Numbered from the stretch's first letter, positions 42,164 to 53,596 are shown. The stretch: DNA of 64,000 nucleotides from an uncultured Verrucomicrobiae bacterium (GCA_963834385.1 CAWIBO010000005.1:288001-352000); one strand, 5' to 3'. The notes: generated from the sequence alone by a model not told the origin. Numbers and translations are program-made.

Positions 42164-45045
42164 TCAGAAGGTGAGCGTCACGCCGCCGCTGACCGCGTTG
42201 CCGGAGTAATTGTTTCGGCCAAACTCGCCCTGGTAGAAGAGATACGTTGAGAAGCGCTCGTTCCAGGCCGCGGTGGCCCCGAATTGCACGAGGGCGCTGT
42301 CACGTCCGGTTCGCGGTCCCCAGACGGTGAAGGCGTCGCCCGCGCCGGAGGCGAGCCGGGAATCGATCGGATAAGCGCGTTCGCTGAAGTTATGATTCCA
42401 TGAGACCCGCAGCTCGGGACGGAGAGAAACGCCACGCAGCGCCAGGCTGGCCGACGCGCGCGCTCCCAGGGTGGTGCGAACGAAATCCTGCTCCTGATCC
42501 GGGAAATGCAGCGGCGCCAGCGACCCGGCTTCGGTGAAGGCGTCGAAATCCGCGTAGGTGTATTGCACGGAGCCCACCGGCCCGAGGCGAACATTCCGGA
42601 ACGTCCAATCGTAACCGGCCGCGGCGAGACCGTTGTATTCCATTCCGTTGGTGTCGCCGGTGGCGGCGCCGCCGAGCGCGCCGCGGCGAATATCGTAGCT
42701 GTTCAGCCCGGCGCTTCCCGCGAGGTCAAGATAGAAGCCGTTGGCCTGCATGGTTGAGAAGAGGGCGATCTTGCCTGCGTTTACTTCGAGATGGCCGTTA
42801 TTGGCCAGGTCCGCCCCGGTGTGGGCGAAGCTGCCGGCCAGGCCAAGGGCCCATTGGCTGGTCAGACGATAATCGGCGCCGAAAGTGAAAACGCCCGAGG
42901 CAAAATCGTAGCCGCGCGCATTGGAATCCTCGTTATCCACATTGGCGAACTGGCCGCTGCCGCTGGCAAAGAAGCCCCAGCGATTCCCGGCGGCTGGCGC
43001 AAAAGCGGGGGCCGGCGGTGCCGGATCGAGGACCGCCTTGCCTTCCGTCTTTTGCAGGAACCCGTAGGTGTCGCGCGCCTGGTATCCCGTCGAGGCGAAC
43101 CCAGTCGAGCCCGCGCGAATGGCGTCGGTCCGCTCCTGGATCTGGCTGGCCATGAGGGCGCCTTGCGCCCGGGCGATCTCGTAGATGGCGGCGAGTTCTT
43201 CGGGCGCGATCAGATCGTAAAGACCGGGAAGACTCTCCAGCGGTTGCGTCACAAGGAAGTCGATCAGGTCCGCCGCGCGCGGATCGTGCCGGGCGGAGTT
43301 GAGCATGTCGCCGGTCGATTCCTGGTTGGGCGTAAGCCCAGGCAGGGCATCGAAGGAGGAAACTTCGAAGCGGACATGAAAGTCAAAAGACCCGTAATAA
43401 ACGACGGGCTGGATCAAGCCGGTAAAGGTGCTCGTGACATCGTCAAAAGTGCCGGTGCGGCCGTTGGGAGTGAGCGTCACCCCGAGGGTGGCGACGTCCC
43501 CGGGATTGGGATCGTAATTATTGACGCGGACGAGGGCGAGGGTGCCGCCGAGGGAGAGTCCTGCTCTACGAGAACGGCATCATTTTCCCCGGTGCCGAAG
43601 CCCGGTCCGCCGATCCGGAGTTGCAGGGTTCCACCGTCCTGCGAGTAGCTGGCGGCCTTGAGCCCGTGTTGATCGTCGTGAAACCGCAAGGTGCCGCCGT
43701 GGACAATCACGTCGCTGTTCCCCACGCCCGCGCCGCCGATGGCCAGGACCCCTTCGTCCAGGGTGGTCGTGCCGGTGAAGGTGTTGAAAGAAACAAGGGG
43801 ATCAGCGGACTCCAAAGTCAGGGTGCCTGTTCCCACCTTCCTGAGCGAGCCGCCGGTGCCCCCCTGCAATCCGCCATCCTGGATGATGCCGGAAAAGAAG
43901 CTCACGCTGTCATCCGTACCAATGGTCAGCTCCTTGCTGCCGAGGTTGACGATGCCATCGCCATTGAGCGAGCCGATGGTTGTTCCTTCACTGAAAAGGC
44001 CGCTGATATCAAGGTTACCGCGCCCCTCGAGATGAACCCGGGCCATGTCGCCCGAGGCATACCAGATGAACTGGATGGAGCCTCCGCTCACGCCGTCACT
44101 CGCTTCCAGAAAGGCGGTGCCCGCATTTGAGCTCTGAAACACATTCGCCGGGGTTCCCGCGAAGAGAGTCACGCCTCCGTTTCCAAACTCGCTGCCGTAA
44201 CTCCGGATCCTGCTGTTCCCTGCCGTCGAGGTGTCAAAGAATTCCGTCCGGCCACCGTCCGCTCCGGCCACCGTGGCCCCATTGTTATCGATCTTGGCTT
44301 CCGCTGCGGTGGCGCTGTTCTGGAAAATGGTCCGGCCGGCCCCGGCGCCGACGGCCCCTCCCGGGTCATTCATAATGAAACTGTTCTCCGCGGTGCCGTT
44401 GAGAAAATTGGTGGAGCCGCCGAACGCGTCCGCGGTGACTCCGCCATAATTGATAAAAATTCCGTCGTCCGCGCTCGTGCCGGTGTCGAGGAATTGTGTG
44501 GCGCCACCCCCGGCGCCCGCGGCCTGGCCGCCTTCGTTGAGAAAGACGCCAAATCCGGCGCCCGACATGTCATAAAAATTCGTGATCCCCGGGACCGCGG
44601 CAATCAGAGCGCCGTTATTAAGGTAGGAAACGTCGGTCGCTTCGAGCAGGTTGGCGACGGCGGCACCCCTGAAGTGGATCTGGCCGTAGTCTCCGCCGGC
44701 CGAGGTTTCCGTCATCAACTCCTGCGGGTTTGCGGTTGAACTGGCGACCCCCGTGCCGCTGATGGTGAGCGTGTTGCCTGGCGTCGCCAGAATGTCGAAG
44801 GGATCACCGGTGAAAAGGATCGAATCCACCTCGGTATCGGCGGAGAGCGCGGGGGATGTGATCGAGGAAGTGTTGAAAATGGCATCGGCCGTGGAGGAGT
44901 TGGGCACGCCCGCGCTCCAGTTGGCCGCGTTATTCCAGTCGGAGTCGGCCGGCATGCTGCTCCAGGTGGTAGTCTGGGCCCGGGCCGGCAGGGAACAGGC
45001 GAGAGTGAGGATCAGGCAGGGAAGAAAGCGCTGGAGTGAATTCAT
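42164..45045 (-). CDS. Autotransporter with beta-strand-repeat passenger (frameshift near 43565)
   Basis: Signal peptide, W...ANWS, KVGTGTLTL...NTFTGTTT repeat, beta-barrel ending VTLTF. Confidence 0.9.
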
Positions 45046-45168
45046 AAGGGTTGGGATGTAGGTGGCGACGGGTCTTTTCCGTGGTTCCCCAAAACTCCCT
45101 TACCCGCGTAAGAATCAGCCGCTGCAGGGGAGGGAAAGCGGTTTATACCCGGTCGTCGAGAAAAAAGA

Positions 45169-46593
45169 CTATTCGCGCGCGCGGCAGAAGGGTGTGCCGC
45201 CCAGCTTGCGGCAGAGCGCGTCACCGATCTCCGAGACAATCTCGATCTTTGTCGGGTGATAATATTCGCCCGTGACCAGCTCGTGCACCGTGTGCTCGTG
45301 GTCGATGGCGTAGGCCGGCAGATGAATCAGGTTGGCCGCGTCCTGGCAAAGCAGGCCGGCGCCGAGCAGGCGGCCGTCGTCCGCGTCGGCGACAAATTCC
45401 CCAAAACCCATGAGGTCGCCGGCGAGGTGCAGCTTGCCGACATCCGCGCTCTCGGCTGAAGCGGTCACCACCTTGCACCCCGCTTTCTCGGCCGTCTCCC
45501 GGCTCTGGCCGGCGAAGGCAAACTCGGGATCGGAAAAGACGACCTGGATGTTGGAGCGGCGATCCCATTTGCGCCCGCTTTCATTCACCGCGTTTTCCGC
45601 GGCGATCCCGGCCTCGATGTGGGCCTGGTGCACCACCATGCGCAAACCGGCCACGTCGCCTGCGGCGAACAGATGGTCGCTGCCCTTTATGCGCATGTCC
45701 GGCTCGACCTCGAGTTTGCCGCGCTGGTTCGGAGCCACGCCGGCGGCATCGAGGTTCAGGGTTCCGAGGTTGGGGCGGCGCCCGGTGGCGATAAGGACAC
45801 GTTCGCTCCGGAGAGTGTGGCCGTTCGGCGAGCCTTGCGTGCGGACGTCGAATTCGCTCCCGGCGCGATCGATTCCCAGCAACGTCTGCCCGAGGAGAAT
45901 GCGGACACCTTCGCCCTCGTAGATTTTTTGCAGGCGCTCGCCGAACTGCGGCGGAAACTTTGAAAGCAGGGCGGACCGCGAAAGGATGGTGACCTCGCAG
46001 CCGAGCCGCGCATAGCGCAGGGCGAACTCGAGGCCGACAGGCCCGGCTCCGATGACCGCAAGTGACTTTGGGAGCACCGTGTTCGCGAGAATTTCGTTGT
46101 TGGTCCAGGCGTCCTCCGGGCCGATCGGGACGCGAACCTCATCCGGGATCCAGTTCTTCGATCCACTGGCGATGATGGCGGCGTCGAAATGATGACGTTC
46201 CACACCGTCATCGAGTTCGTGCGGCCCGAGGAAGCGCGCGTTGCGCCCGATGATCTGAAAGTCCGGGCCCTGGAGCCGCGCAAGCTCCTGTTCGCGGTAA
46301 TACCGGAAACGGGCGATCTCGCGGTCTTTCCAGGCCACGATCTGGGCGAGAAAATCCTCCGGTTGCCGGGGCCGCACCTCCAGCCAGCCATGGCGGCGCG
46401 CGTGATGCATCGCGTCGATTGGTTCGAAGATCGCCTTCGAGGGCATGCAACCGCGCTCGATGCAAAGCGAGGCGTGCGCTCCCCGTTCCCCCAGGAAGAG
46501 GAGCACACGCGCGCCCAGTTCGCGTGCGGTCCGCGCGGCGGTCAGGCCGGCGGAACCGCCGCCGAGGATGGCGATGGTCCGGGGTTTGGTCAT
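45169..46593 (-). CDS. Pyridine nucleotide-disulfide oxidoreductase (dihydrolipoamide dehydrogenase-like)
   Basis: GGGSAG, CIERGCMPSK, GAGPVGLE, ATGRRPN and YHPT motifs. Confidence 0.92.
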   Translation of the reverse strand: MTKPRTIAILGGGSAGLTAARTARELGARVLLFLGERGAHASLCIERGCMPSKAIFEPIDAMHHARRHGWLEVRPRQPEDFLAQIVAWKDREIARFRYYREQELARLQGPDFQIIGRNARFLGPHELDDGVERHHFDAAIIASGSKNWIPDEVRVPIGPEDAWTNNEILANTVLPKSLAVIGAGPVGLEFALRYARLGCEVTILSRSALLSKFPPQFGERLQKIYEGEGVRILLGQTLLGIDRAGSEFDVRTQGSPNGHTLRSERVLIATGRRPNLGTLNLDAAGVAPNQRGKLEVEPDMRIKGSDHLFAAGDVAGLRMVVHQAHIEAGIAAENAVNESGRKWDRRSNIQVVFSDPEFAFAGQSRETAEKAGCKVVTASAESADVGKLHLAGDLMGFGEFVADADDGRLLGAGLLCQDAANLIHLPAYAIDHEHTVHELVTGEYYHPTKIEIVSEIGDALCRKLGGTPFCRARE

Positions 46594-46713
46594 GAAGACG
46601 CGCCCAATCTTTCACGGAACCCGCCGGATGCCCAGTCCCTCCTGCCATGCCGGGCGCGCGAGGTCCGGTCGAAAAAGTGAGCCCGGGTCCGGGCGCGGCG
46701 CCGTATTCCCAGT

Positions 46714-46956
46714 ATGGCGAAGAAAAAAACCGAACAGCAGAAACGAGCGGCCAAGTTCAGCAAGGGCGACAAGGTCACGTGGAAAACGTCGCAGGGAAAA
46801 ACGAGCGGCACCGTCGTGCGGGTGGTGAAATCCGAGACCAAGGTTAAAGGGCACAAAGCCTCGGCCTCCAAGAAGAAGCCGCAGGTGATGGTGAAGAGCG
46901 CAAAGAGCGGCAAACGCGCGGTGCATAAGCCGGGTTCGCTGAAAAAGAAGAGCTAG
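46714..46956 (+). CDS. DUF2945 / Hva1 TUDOR-like small basic protein
   Basis: GDKVTW...G.V, AS...P and KSGKRAVHKP motifs. Confidence 0.85.
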   Translation: MAKKKTEQQKRAAKFSKGDKVTWKTSQGKTSGTVVRVVKSETKVKGHKASASKKKPQVMVKSAKSGKRAVHKPGSLKKKS

Positions 46957-46998
46957 GGCGGGGGTTTGACCGGGGCGCAGCCGGGCCGATGGTTTTCC

Positions 46999-47997
46999 AT
47001 GCGCATAATCCTGGCAGCGGTTTTTGCGACGGTCCTTGGCCTGACGGTCGAGGTGAAGGCGGCGGAGGTCGCGGGCGAAAACGGGGGGAGCAGCAAAGGC
47101 TACATCAGCACCGACGACGGGACCCGGCTCTATTATGAGAAGGCCGGGTCGGGACCGACCATCATTCTCCCGCTGCATCTCTTCACCTTCGAAGCTTTCC
47201 GTTCGCTGGCGGACAAGTTCACCGTCATCGCCTACGACACGCGGGGGCGGGGACAGTCCGACGCGATTCCGGACGCGGAGAAGGCAAAAATGCTGGGCAT
47301 CCGGCATGACCTCGCGGACCTCGAACGGGTCCGTAAACATTTCGGAGCGGAGAAGGTTCACCTCATCGGCTACTCCTACACCGGCATGCTCATTGTCATG
47401 TATGCCATGGAACACCCGGCGCGGGTGCAGCGACTGGTGCAATTGGGGCCGGTGCCGATCAAGTTCGGGACGGAATACCCGAAGAATCTCACGGCCACCG
47501 ATGAGCCGGGCGACCCAAAGGAATGGCAGGAACTGCGCCGCCTCCGGAAGGAGAACTTTCACGAGACGCAGCCGAAAGAGTATTGTCTAAGAGAGAACCG
47601 ATTTCTTCGGGCGCGCCTGGTGGGCGATCCGGCGAACGCGGAGAAGATCAGCCTCGGGCCGTGCGAACATGCGAACGAGTGGCCGATCAACCTCGCCAAA
47701 CACTTCGAGTTCTCCTTCGGCTCGGTGCAGAAGCTTGAGCTCGACAAAGAGAAGATCGCAGAAGTTGAGGCGCCGGTCCTGACCGTGCATGGCCGGAAGG
47801 ACCGCAACGCGCCGTATGGAGCGGGGCGGGAATGGGCGTTTACCCTGCCGAACGCGCGCCTGCTCACCATCCCGGGCGCGGCCCACCAGGCGTTCTCCGA
47901 GTTCCCGGATATCGTGCTGCCGGCAGTGCGAACGTTCCTCTCGGGAGATTGGCCGGAAGGAGTTGAGAAGGTGACGGCGCTCGAGCCGTCGGCCTGA
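46999..47997 (+). CDS. Secreted alpha/beta hydrolase
   Basis: Signal peptide; YDTRGRGQS, GYSYTG, HGRKD and AAH motifs. Confidence 0.88.
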   Translation: MRIILAAVFATVLGLTVEVKAAEVAGENGGSSKGYISTDDGTRLYYEKAGSGPTIILPLHLFTFEAFRSLADKFTVIAYDTRGRGQSDAIPDAEKAKMLGIRHDLADLERVRKHFGAEKVHLIGYSYTGMLIVMYAMEHPARVQRLVQLGPVPIKFGTEYPKNLTATDEPGDPKEWQELRRLRKENFHETQPKEYCLRENRFLRARLVGDPANAEKISLGPCEHANEWPINLAKHFEFSFGSVQKLELDKEKIAEVEAPVLTVHGRKDRNAPYGAGREWAFTLPNARLLTIPGAAHQAFSEFPDIVLPAVRTFLSGDWPEGVEKVTALEPSA

Positions 47998-48018
47998 GCC
48001 GGCGCACCTGGGTTCCGC

Positions 48019-49050
48019 ATGAACGAGAGCGAACCGGCGCCGCGTCCGCCGCGGCGTCCGCGTTACCGCGGGAAGAACCCGCGGCGGTTTGAGGAGAAAT
48101 ACAAGGAGCGTGACCCGGCGCGTTATGGCGAGACGGTGGCGAAGGTTCTCGCGTCGGGGAAAACGCCCGCGGGCAGCCATCGCCCGGTCATGGTGACGGA
48201 AGTGCTCGAGGTCCTCGCGCCCCGGCCGGGCGAGACCGCGGCTGATTGCACGCTCGGTTTTGGAGGTCACGCCCGTGAAGTGATGGAGCGCCTTCGACCG
48301 GGCGGACGGTTGCTTGGGCTCGACGCCGACCCAATCGAGTTGCCCCGGACCGAGGCCCGCCTGCGCGCGCTTGGGTTCGACGAACTGGTGGTGGTGCAAA
48401 GCAACTTTGCCGGCCTGGCCCGGGCGCTTGCGCGGGTCGGATGGCCGGGCGCCGACATTATCCTGGCCGATCTGGGCGTTTCCTCGATGCAACTGGACGA
48501 TCCGAGCCGCGGATTTTCGATGAAGCACGACGGACCGCTCGACATGCGAATGAACCCGGGCAAGGGGCAGTCGGCCGCCGCGTTGCTGGAGAAGATCAGC
48601 GCGGCGAAGCTTGCCGCGATCCTGCGGGAGAACGCGGACGAACCCGCGGCGGACATCCTGGGGGCGGCGCTCTCGGGCAAAAAGTTTGCGGGCACGCTGG
48701 AGCTGGCGGCAGCGATCAGGGCAGCCGTGCCGGGACACGACAGCGAAGCGACGGAGCTGTCCGTTCGTCGTGTCTTCCAGGCGCTGCGCATCGCCGTGAA
48801 TGAAGAGTTCGGCGCGCTCGAGACGTTCCTGCGTTCCCTGCCGCAGTGCCTGAACCCGGGTGGCCGTGTGGCCATCCTTTCCTTCCACTCCGGGGAGGAT
48901 CGCCGGGTAAAGAAAGCCTTCGCGGCCGGTCAGCGAGACGGCCTTTACGCGGAGGTGAGCCGTGAAGTCATTCGGCCAGGCAGCGCGGAACGCGGCGCCA
49001 ACCCGCGGTCGGTCCCGGCCAAACTGCGCTGGGCGAAGCGCGGAACCTAG
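48019..49050 (+). CDS. rsmH: 16S rRNA m4C1402 methyltransferase RsmH family
   Basis: HRPVM, DCTLGFGGH, DLGVSSMQLD, FQALRIAVNEE and SFHSGEDR motifs. Confidence 0.92.
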   Translation: MNESEPAPRPPRRPRYRGKNPRRFEEKYKERDPARYGETVAKVLASGKTPAGSHRPVMVTEVLEVLAPRPGETAADCTLGFGGHAREVMERLRPGGRLLGLDADPIELPRTEARLRALGFDELVVVQSNFAGLARALARVGWPGADIILADLGVSSMQLDDPSRGFSMKHDGPLDMRMNPGKGQSAAALLEKISAAKLAAILRENADEPAADILGAALSGKKFAGTLELAAAIRAAVPGHDSEATELSVRRVFQALRIAVNEEFGALETFLRSLPQCLNPGGRVAILSFHSGEDRRVKKAFAAGQRDGLYAEVSREVIRPGSAERGANPRSVPAKLRWAKRGT

Positions 49051-49370
49051 TCAGTCCAGGCGACGCTGACGACCTGCTCGATTTCGGTTTTGCCGCCCGC
49101 CTCGGCGATTTCTTCCACGCCCGTCTTGATCGTGACACGACATTTCCGACCGACGAATTTTTCCGGGTCGTTCAGCACCGCCTCGACCGAGGAGTCGGGT
49201 CGCAGGATGAAGTAGGAGACGGCTTTGCCATCGCCCGTGCGCATTTGCCAATGGGCATAATCGCCCTGCTCAATGCCCTGGAAAGAACCCTCGACCACCC
49301 GGGTTTTGGAATCTTCCGCCCGGGCGAAGGTGAAAGCGGTCAGGCAGCAAAGCAAAAGTAACGATCTCAT
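49047..49370 (-). CDS. Hypothetical secreted protein
   Basis: Signal peptide; EQGDYAH motif. Confidence 0.7.
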   Translation of the reverse strand: MRSLLLLCCLTAFTFARAEDSKTRVVEGSFQGIEQGDYAHWQMRTGDGKAVSYFILRPDSSVEAVLNDPEKFVGRKCRVTIKTGVEEIAEAGGKTEIEQVVSVAWTD

Positions 49371-49439
49371 CCCGCGAGGTTGGCAGGATTCAACGGCGTG
49401 CGCAATTCGCCATCCAAGGGGGTGGATTTCGCCGCCTCG

Positions 49440-50166
49440 CTATTTTGCCGGCGAGATCAGGTAGATGACGTGCAGGCTTTGGTTGGCCGTGACCGGGGCC
49501 AGCCGATACTGCGACGGGTCTGGTTGCGCCATTTCGCGGGCGGCGATAAGCAATCGGACCCTGGCGGCCGAAGATTCGGCCGGAGATTTCCGGGAAAGGC
49601 ACCGGCGAGATGGCGAAAACCGAATCGATCTTCATCCCGGCGGCCTTGAGCGCGCGGTCGGCGTGAGCGCGCGCATCGGCCAGCGCCTTGTCCCAGGCTT
49701 CGTCGGCCATCTCCTTTTCCTTCTCCAGCCCGGGCTCGACGCCACCGAGCTCGAGACCGTTGATTGCCAGAAGTTGATCGATGAGGGCCGGCAGAGTGGT
49801 GAGGTCGCGCAGTTTGACCGTGAATGAACGGTTGACCTTGTAACCGATGAGTTTTCCGACCTTGCCCGGGTCCTGCGGATCCCGCTCGTATTCCGCTTCG
49901 GAGCGGATGTCACCGGCGACGACATCCTGCTGCGCCACCTTGCGCTGGTTGAGCAGGGCGAGGATCGAGGTGGCCGTGGCCTGCACCTCCTTGTTGGCGG
50001 CGGCCTGTTCCGGGGCGCGCGCGAAAATCTCAAAGCGGAGTTTCGCGAGGTCGGCCGCTTTTTCGACCTCCGCTTTGCCTTCGACGTATATATATGGTTG
50101 CGAGGGAAGGCCGCCCTGTCCGAGGAGGGTGAGAGGGAGAAGAAAGAGAGCGAGCAGGATTCTCAT
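49440..50166 (-). CDS. SIMPL (DUF541) domain protein (frameshift near 49540)
   Basis: IYVEGKAE...D, GYKVNRSFTVKLRD and ALADARA.A; C-terminus ...SLHVIYLISPAK in the second frame. Confidence 0.85.
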
Positions 50167-50261
50167 GCCATAACGGTGGCGGCACCGGGCGGTCCCGGCA
50201 AACGGCTTGATTGCCACAGGGAGTGCCGTCCGCGATACTCCGGCAGGCCGGTGCCCCCCCG

Positions 50262-51428
50262 ATGAAACCATCCAGACTCCTTCTTGTTCTTTTCTGCGGA
50301 TTGGTCGTGGGCATCCTGGTCGATCGTTTCCTGCTGCCGCGCGTTTCGGACAGTGCGAATGCTTCGCCCCGCGGTGAGGAAAGGGCCGGCGCGGAACCAG
50401 GCGACGCGAAGAGGGAGTCTGTGACATCCGCGCAGGCCGACGCCGAAGAAGTTTCCGCGGCGGCGGAGAACGCGTCCGCCGACCAGCCGACCCTGGATGC
50501 GATCCTGGCCCTGACCGACCGGGGCCGGCGGACGCGGGCGTTGCAGGCTTACATCAATCGGCTGTCGCCGACCGAGTTCGCCGGGGCTTTGCAGAGCCTT
50601 GGCCGGATCACGAGCACAAACGAACGCGAACTGGCTTCGCGCCTGCTGGTCGCGGCCTGGGTGGAAGCCGACCCAGATGGCGCCCTGCAATTCGCGGCTT
50701 CCAACCGCGGGTATGAATACCTGGCCGAGGATGTTTTTTTGCACCGGGCCGCGAACGATTTCGACGGGGCGCTGACGCAGGCGCAGGCCCTCCCGGGGAA
50801 CGAGCTGCGTTATCGCGCCCTGCGCGGTCTCCTGCAGTTCAGGGCCGACACCGACCCGGCGGGAGCGGTGCAACTGGCGCTGACTCTGGGCGAGTTTCCG
50901 GGTAACGAATCGCTGACCGGCGCGGTTTACCGGCAATGGGCCAAAGTCGATCCCGAGGAAGCGGCGCGGCAGGCCGCGCTGAACAACACCGGGCAGGGCT
51001 GGCGTTCGCCGGTGCAACAGGTGGTGGGCACGTGGGCCGACCAGGACCCGGTCGCGGCCGCGAAATGGTCGTTGACCCTGCCCGACGCGGAGACGCGCGC
51101 GCGTTCCGTTTCCGAAGTGATGCGTGATTGGAGCCGCGAAGATCCGGGCGCGGCGGCGAACTGGATCCACAGCCTGCCGCAGGGTGCGGAAAGGGATGCG
51201 GCGGTGGCGGGTTATGCTTATTCCGTGGCCGGCACCGAGCCGCAGGTGGCGCTGGAGTGGGTCGCGACGATGAGTGATGAAAGTGCGCGCCAGCGCACCC
51301 TGCAACGGGTGGGTCGCATCGTGATGTGGCGCGATCCGCAAAATGGTCCCGCACTCCTGCAGGCGGCCGGAGTTCCGGCAGACCAGATCGTCACGCCGCG
51401 TCGACGCCGCGGCGACGGCGACCGCTAG
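50262..51428 (+). CDS. Membrane-anchored helical-repeat protein (W..DP..A..W repeats)
   Basis: N-terminal TM; repeated WAKVDPEEAA / WADQDPVAAAKW / WSREDPGAAANW units. Confidence 0.8.
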   Translation: MKPSRLLLVLFCGLVVGILVDRFLLPRVSDSANASPRGEERAGAEPGDAKRESVTSAQADAEEVSAAAENASADQPTLDAILALTDRGRRTRALQAYINRLSPTEFAGALQSLGRITSTNERELASRLLVAAWVEADPDGALQFAASNRGYEYLAEDVFLHRAANDFDGALTQAQALPGNELRYRALRGLLQFRADTDPAGAVQLALTLGEFPGNESLTGAVYRQWAKVDPEEAARQAALNNTGQGWRSPVQQVVGTWADQDPVAAAKWSLTLPDAETRARSVSEVMRDWSREDPGAAANWIHSLPQGAERDAAVAGYAYSVAGTEPQVALEWVATMSDESARQRTLQRVGRIVMWRDPQNGPALLQAAGVPADQIVTPRRRRGDGDR

Positions 51429-51469
51429 GAAATGCCATGAACCGGGCGTGCAATCCGGTAGATTTGCGC

Positions 51470-51886
51470 ATGAAGATTTCGCGCCGAGGCCTCGCCGGTC
51501 TTGTTATTGTCCTCACCGCGGCCAGCCTGGTCGCCGAACTTCCTCCTTCAGCCTACGAACAACTTCAGGCCGAAGCGCCTGAGGTCGTCGAGATCGAGGT
51601 GCAATCTGTGCGCGTGACGAAGTCGGCCAAATCGGAAGGGATGCGGACGGAGGTCCGCGCACTTGCCGCTATCAGGAAGGTGACGCGAACCGCCACCGGG
51701 TTGAAGCCCGGCGACACGGTCAGCCTCAATTATTCCCGCCTCGAGTTCCGGGTGCCGACGCCGGGGCCGGGTCAGCCGGTCCTGGTGAAGAAAGGCGAAC
51801 GCTACCGCGCCTTCCTGGAGCGCGCAGCCAAGTCCGAGGCCTACACCATCGCCGCGGGCGGGCAGAGTTTTCAGCGCGCGGAGTGA
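51470..51886 (+). CDS. Hypothetical secreted protein
   Basis: Signal peptide; ELPPSAY...APE motif. Confidence 0.7.
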   Translation: MKISRRGLAGLVIVLTAASLVAELPPSAYEQLQAEAPEVVEIEVQSVRVTKSAKSEGMRTEVRALAAIRKVTRTATGLKPGDTVSLNYSRLEFRVPTPGPGQPVLVKKGERYRAFLERAAKSEAYTIAAGGQSFQRAE

Positions 51887-51920
51887 ACGTCCGGGCAAAC
51901 GGCCGCCGCGGAAAACTCCT

Positions 51921-52523
51921 GTGAAGGCACCGGAGATTGAGCCGCGGCTGGCGCCACCCGGCGCCGGACTTCCCGCGCTGGAGCTGTTCATTGTGCGGAT
52001 CCTGTTTGGTCTGAACCGGCGGCTGGGGAACCGGGAGGGGTTTACCGCCCGTTTCCTGGAACAGCGGCGGCAGATTCGCCGGCTGATTGAGGAAACGGAC
52101 CCGGCAGATCGCGGTCGGCGGGTCCTGATCAAGCGTCCGCCCGGGTTGGAGGAGAGCAGCCGTTATTGGTCGGTGCTGATGACGCTGGATCACCTGCGGA
52201 TTGTGCATCGCGAGTTTGCCCGGATCATTGCCGACCTGGCGGCGGGTCGAAAGCCGGAGGGAGAAGCGAGCACCGCGGCGGTCAAGCCAGGCCCGGCGGC
52301 AGGACCGTCGGTCATCGGCGCGTATGAGGATTCGTGCGAGCAGTTGCTCGCGACGGTGGCGGCGGCGTCCGATCTCAGGACGCCGGTTCGCTTCGCGCAT
52401 CCCTGGTTTGGTCCCCTCGACGCGGCGGGCTGGCATGCGCTGGCCGGCGGCCACATGGCGATCCACCGGGTGCAGATCGAACGAATTCGCGCGGGGCTGT
52501 GTGATCTCAAGAAAGCCGAATGA
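51921..52523 (+). CDS. DinB-family protein
   Basis: WSV...DHL, HPWFGPL and H...H..Q motifs. Confidence 0.85.
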   Translation: MKAPEIEPRLAPPGAGLPALELFIVRILFGLNRRLGNREGFTARFLEQRRQIRRLIEETDPADRGRRVLIKRPPGLEESSRYWSVLMTLDHLRIVHREFARIIADLAAGRKPEGEASTAAVKPGPAAGPSVIGAYEDSCEQLLATVAAASDLRTPVRFAHPWFGPLDAAGWHALAGGHMAIHRVQIERIRAGLCDLKKAE

Positions 52524-52573
52524 CCTCGGGAGGATGGTTGACTTCCGCCTTCCTCTGCCCTCGAATTTGCGGA

Positions 52574-53056
52574 ATGAAGCCTCTTCTCCTGCTCGTCATG
52601 GTCGCGTTCGCGTGCTCACCTTGTCTCGCCACGGAAATATCCACGGCTCCGGCCGCGACGGAACTGACTGCGCTCCTGCGGGAATTTCTCGCCGGCGCGT
52701 CCAAGGATGACGTGGCAGTGCATGACCGGTTCTGGGCGGAGGACCTGATCTACACCGGCTCGGTCGGCCGCCGCCTTGGCAAATCCGAAATCATGGCGGA
52801 GGTGCGGAAGGAAGCCGCGGCGTCTGCGAAGCCGGAAGAGGGCACGACCGTGTATACCGCCGAGGAGATCCGGGTGCAGCAATATGGCGACACCGCGATT
52901 GTCGCCTTTCGTCTGGTCGGGACGACCACCAAGGAGGGAAAAACGGAAGTCGCGCATTACCTGAACTCCGGGACGTTTTTGAAACGCTCCGGCGAGTGGC
53001 GCGTGGTCAACTGGCAGGCAACGAAGATGCCGGCGGAAGAAGCGAAGAAGGAATAG
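52574..53056 (+). CDS. Secreted DUF4440/NTF2-like protein
   Basis: HDRFWAEDLIYT, YGDTAIVAF and WRVVNWQAT motifs. Confidence 0.85.
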   Translation: MKPLLLLVMVAFACSPCLATEISTAPAATELTALLREFLAGASKDDVAVHDRFWAEDLIYTGSVGRRLGKSEIMAEVRKEAAASAKPEEGTTVYTAEEIRVQQYGDTAIVAFRLVGTTTKEGKTEVAHYLNSGTFLKRSGEWRVVNWQATKMPAEEAKKE

Positions 53057-53116
53057 GGAGCGGCGCGCGCGCAGGGAAGAATTGACGAGGCGCAGGACAA
53101 CTCGCACGGTCAGCTT

Positions 53117-53596
53117 ATGAAACGTCTTTGCCTTCTCGGAACTCTCCTTGCGCTGAATTTTTCACCGGGCGCCTGGGCCGGTCCGACGATTGAGGCCGTC
53201 GTGGCGGTCGACCAGAAGACGAAGCCCACCGACACCTTCTCACCTGATGCCGCGAAGCTGTATGCCTTCTTTCGCAGCACCGGGCTGCAGGAGGGCGACA
53301 AAGTGCGCGCGGTCTGGATCGCCGAGGATGTGGGCACGGCCGCACCGGCCAACACCAAGATCGACGAAGCCAGCCTGACCGCGAACGGGGAGGGATTCCA
53401 TGGAGCGTTCAGCCTGAGCCGGCCGGACAAGGGATGGCCGCCGGGCCGTTATCGAGTCGACATTTATCTCGGCGAAAAAGTGGCCACGAGCGTGAAGTTC
53501 ACCATCACGGAAGGCGAAGCCGAAGCCGAAGCCAAAGCCGGGGAGGGGGATGAAGGCGAGCCGGAGAATCCATGGCGGGAAGAAGAGCAGGAGTAA
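53117..53596 (+). CDS. Hypothetical secreted Ig-like protein
   Basis: Signal peptide; VWIAEDVG and GWPPGRYRVDIY motifs. Confidence 0.75.
   Translation: MKRLCLLGTLLALNFSPGAWAGPTIEAVVAVDQKTKPTDTFSPDAAKLYAFFRSTGLQEGDKVRAVWIAEDVGTAAPANTKIDEASLTANGEGFHGAFSLSRPDKGWPPGRYRVDIYLGEKVATSVKFTITEGEAEAEAKAGEGDEGEPENPWREEEQE

Noticed and set aside
42164..45045. Phase-variable autotransporter
   Set aside because: There is no homopolymer or tandem repeat at the shift near 43565.
45169..46593. Mercuric reductase MerA
   Set aside because: There is no C-terminal vicinal Cys pair, no N-terminal metal-binding domain and no mer genes.
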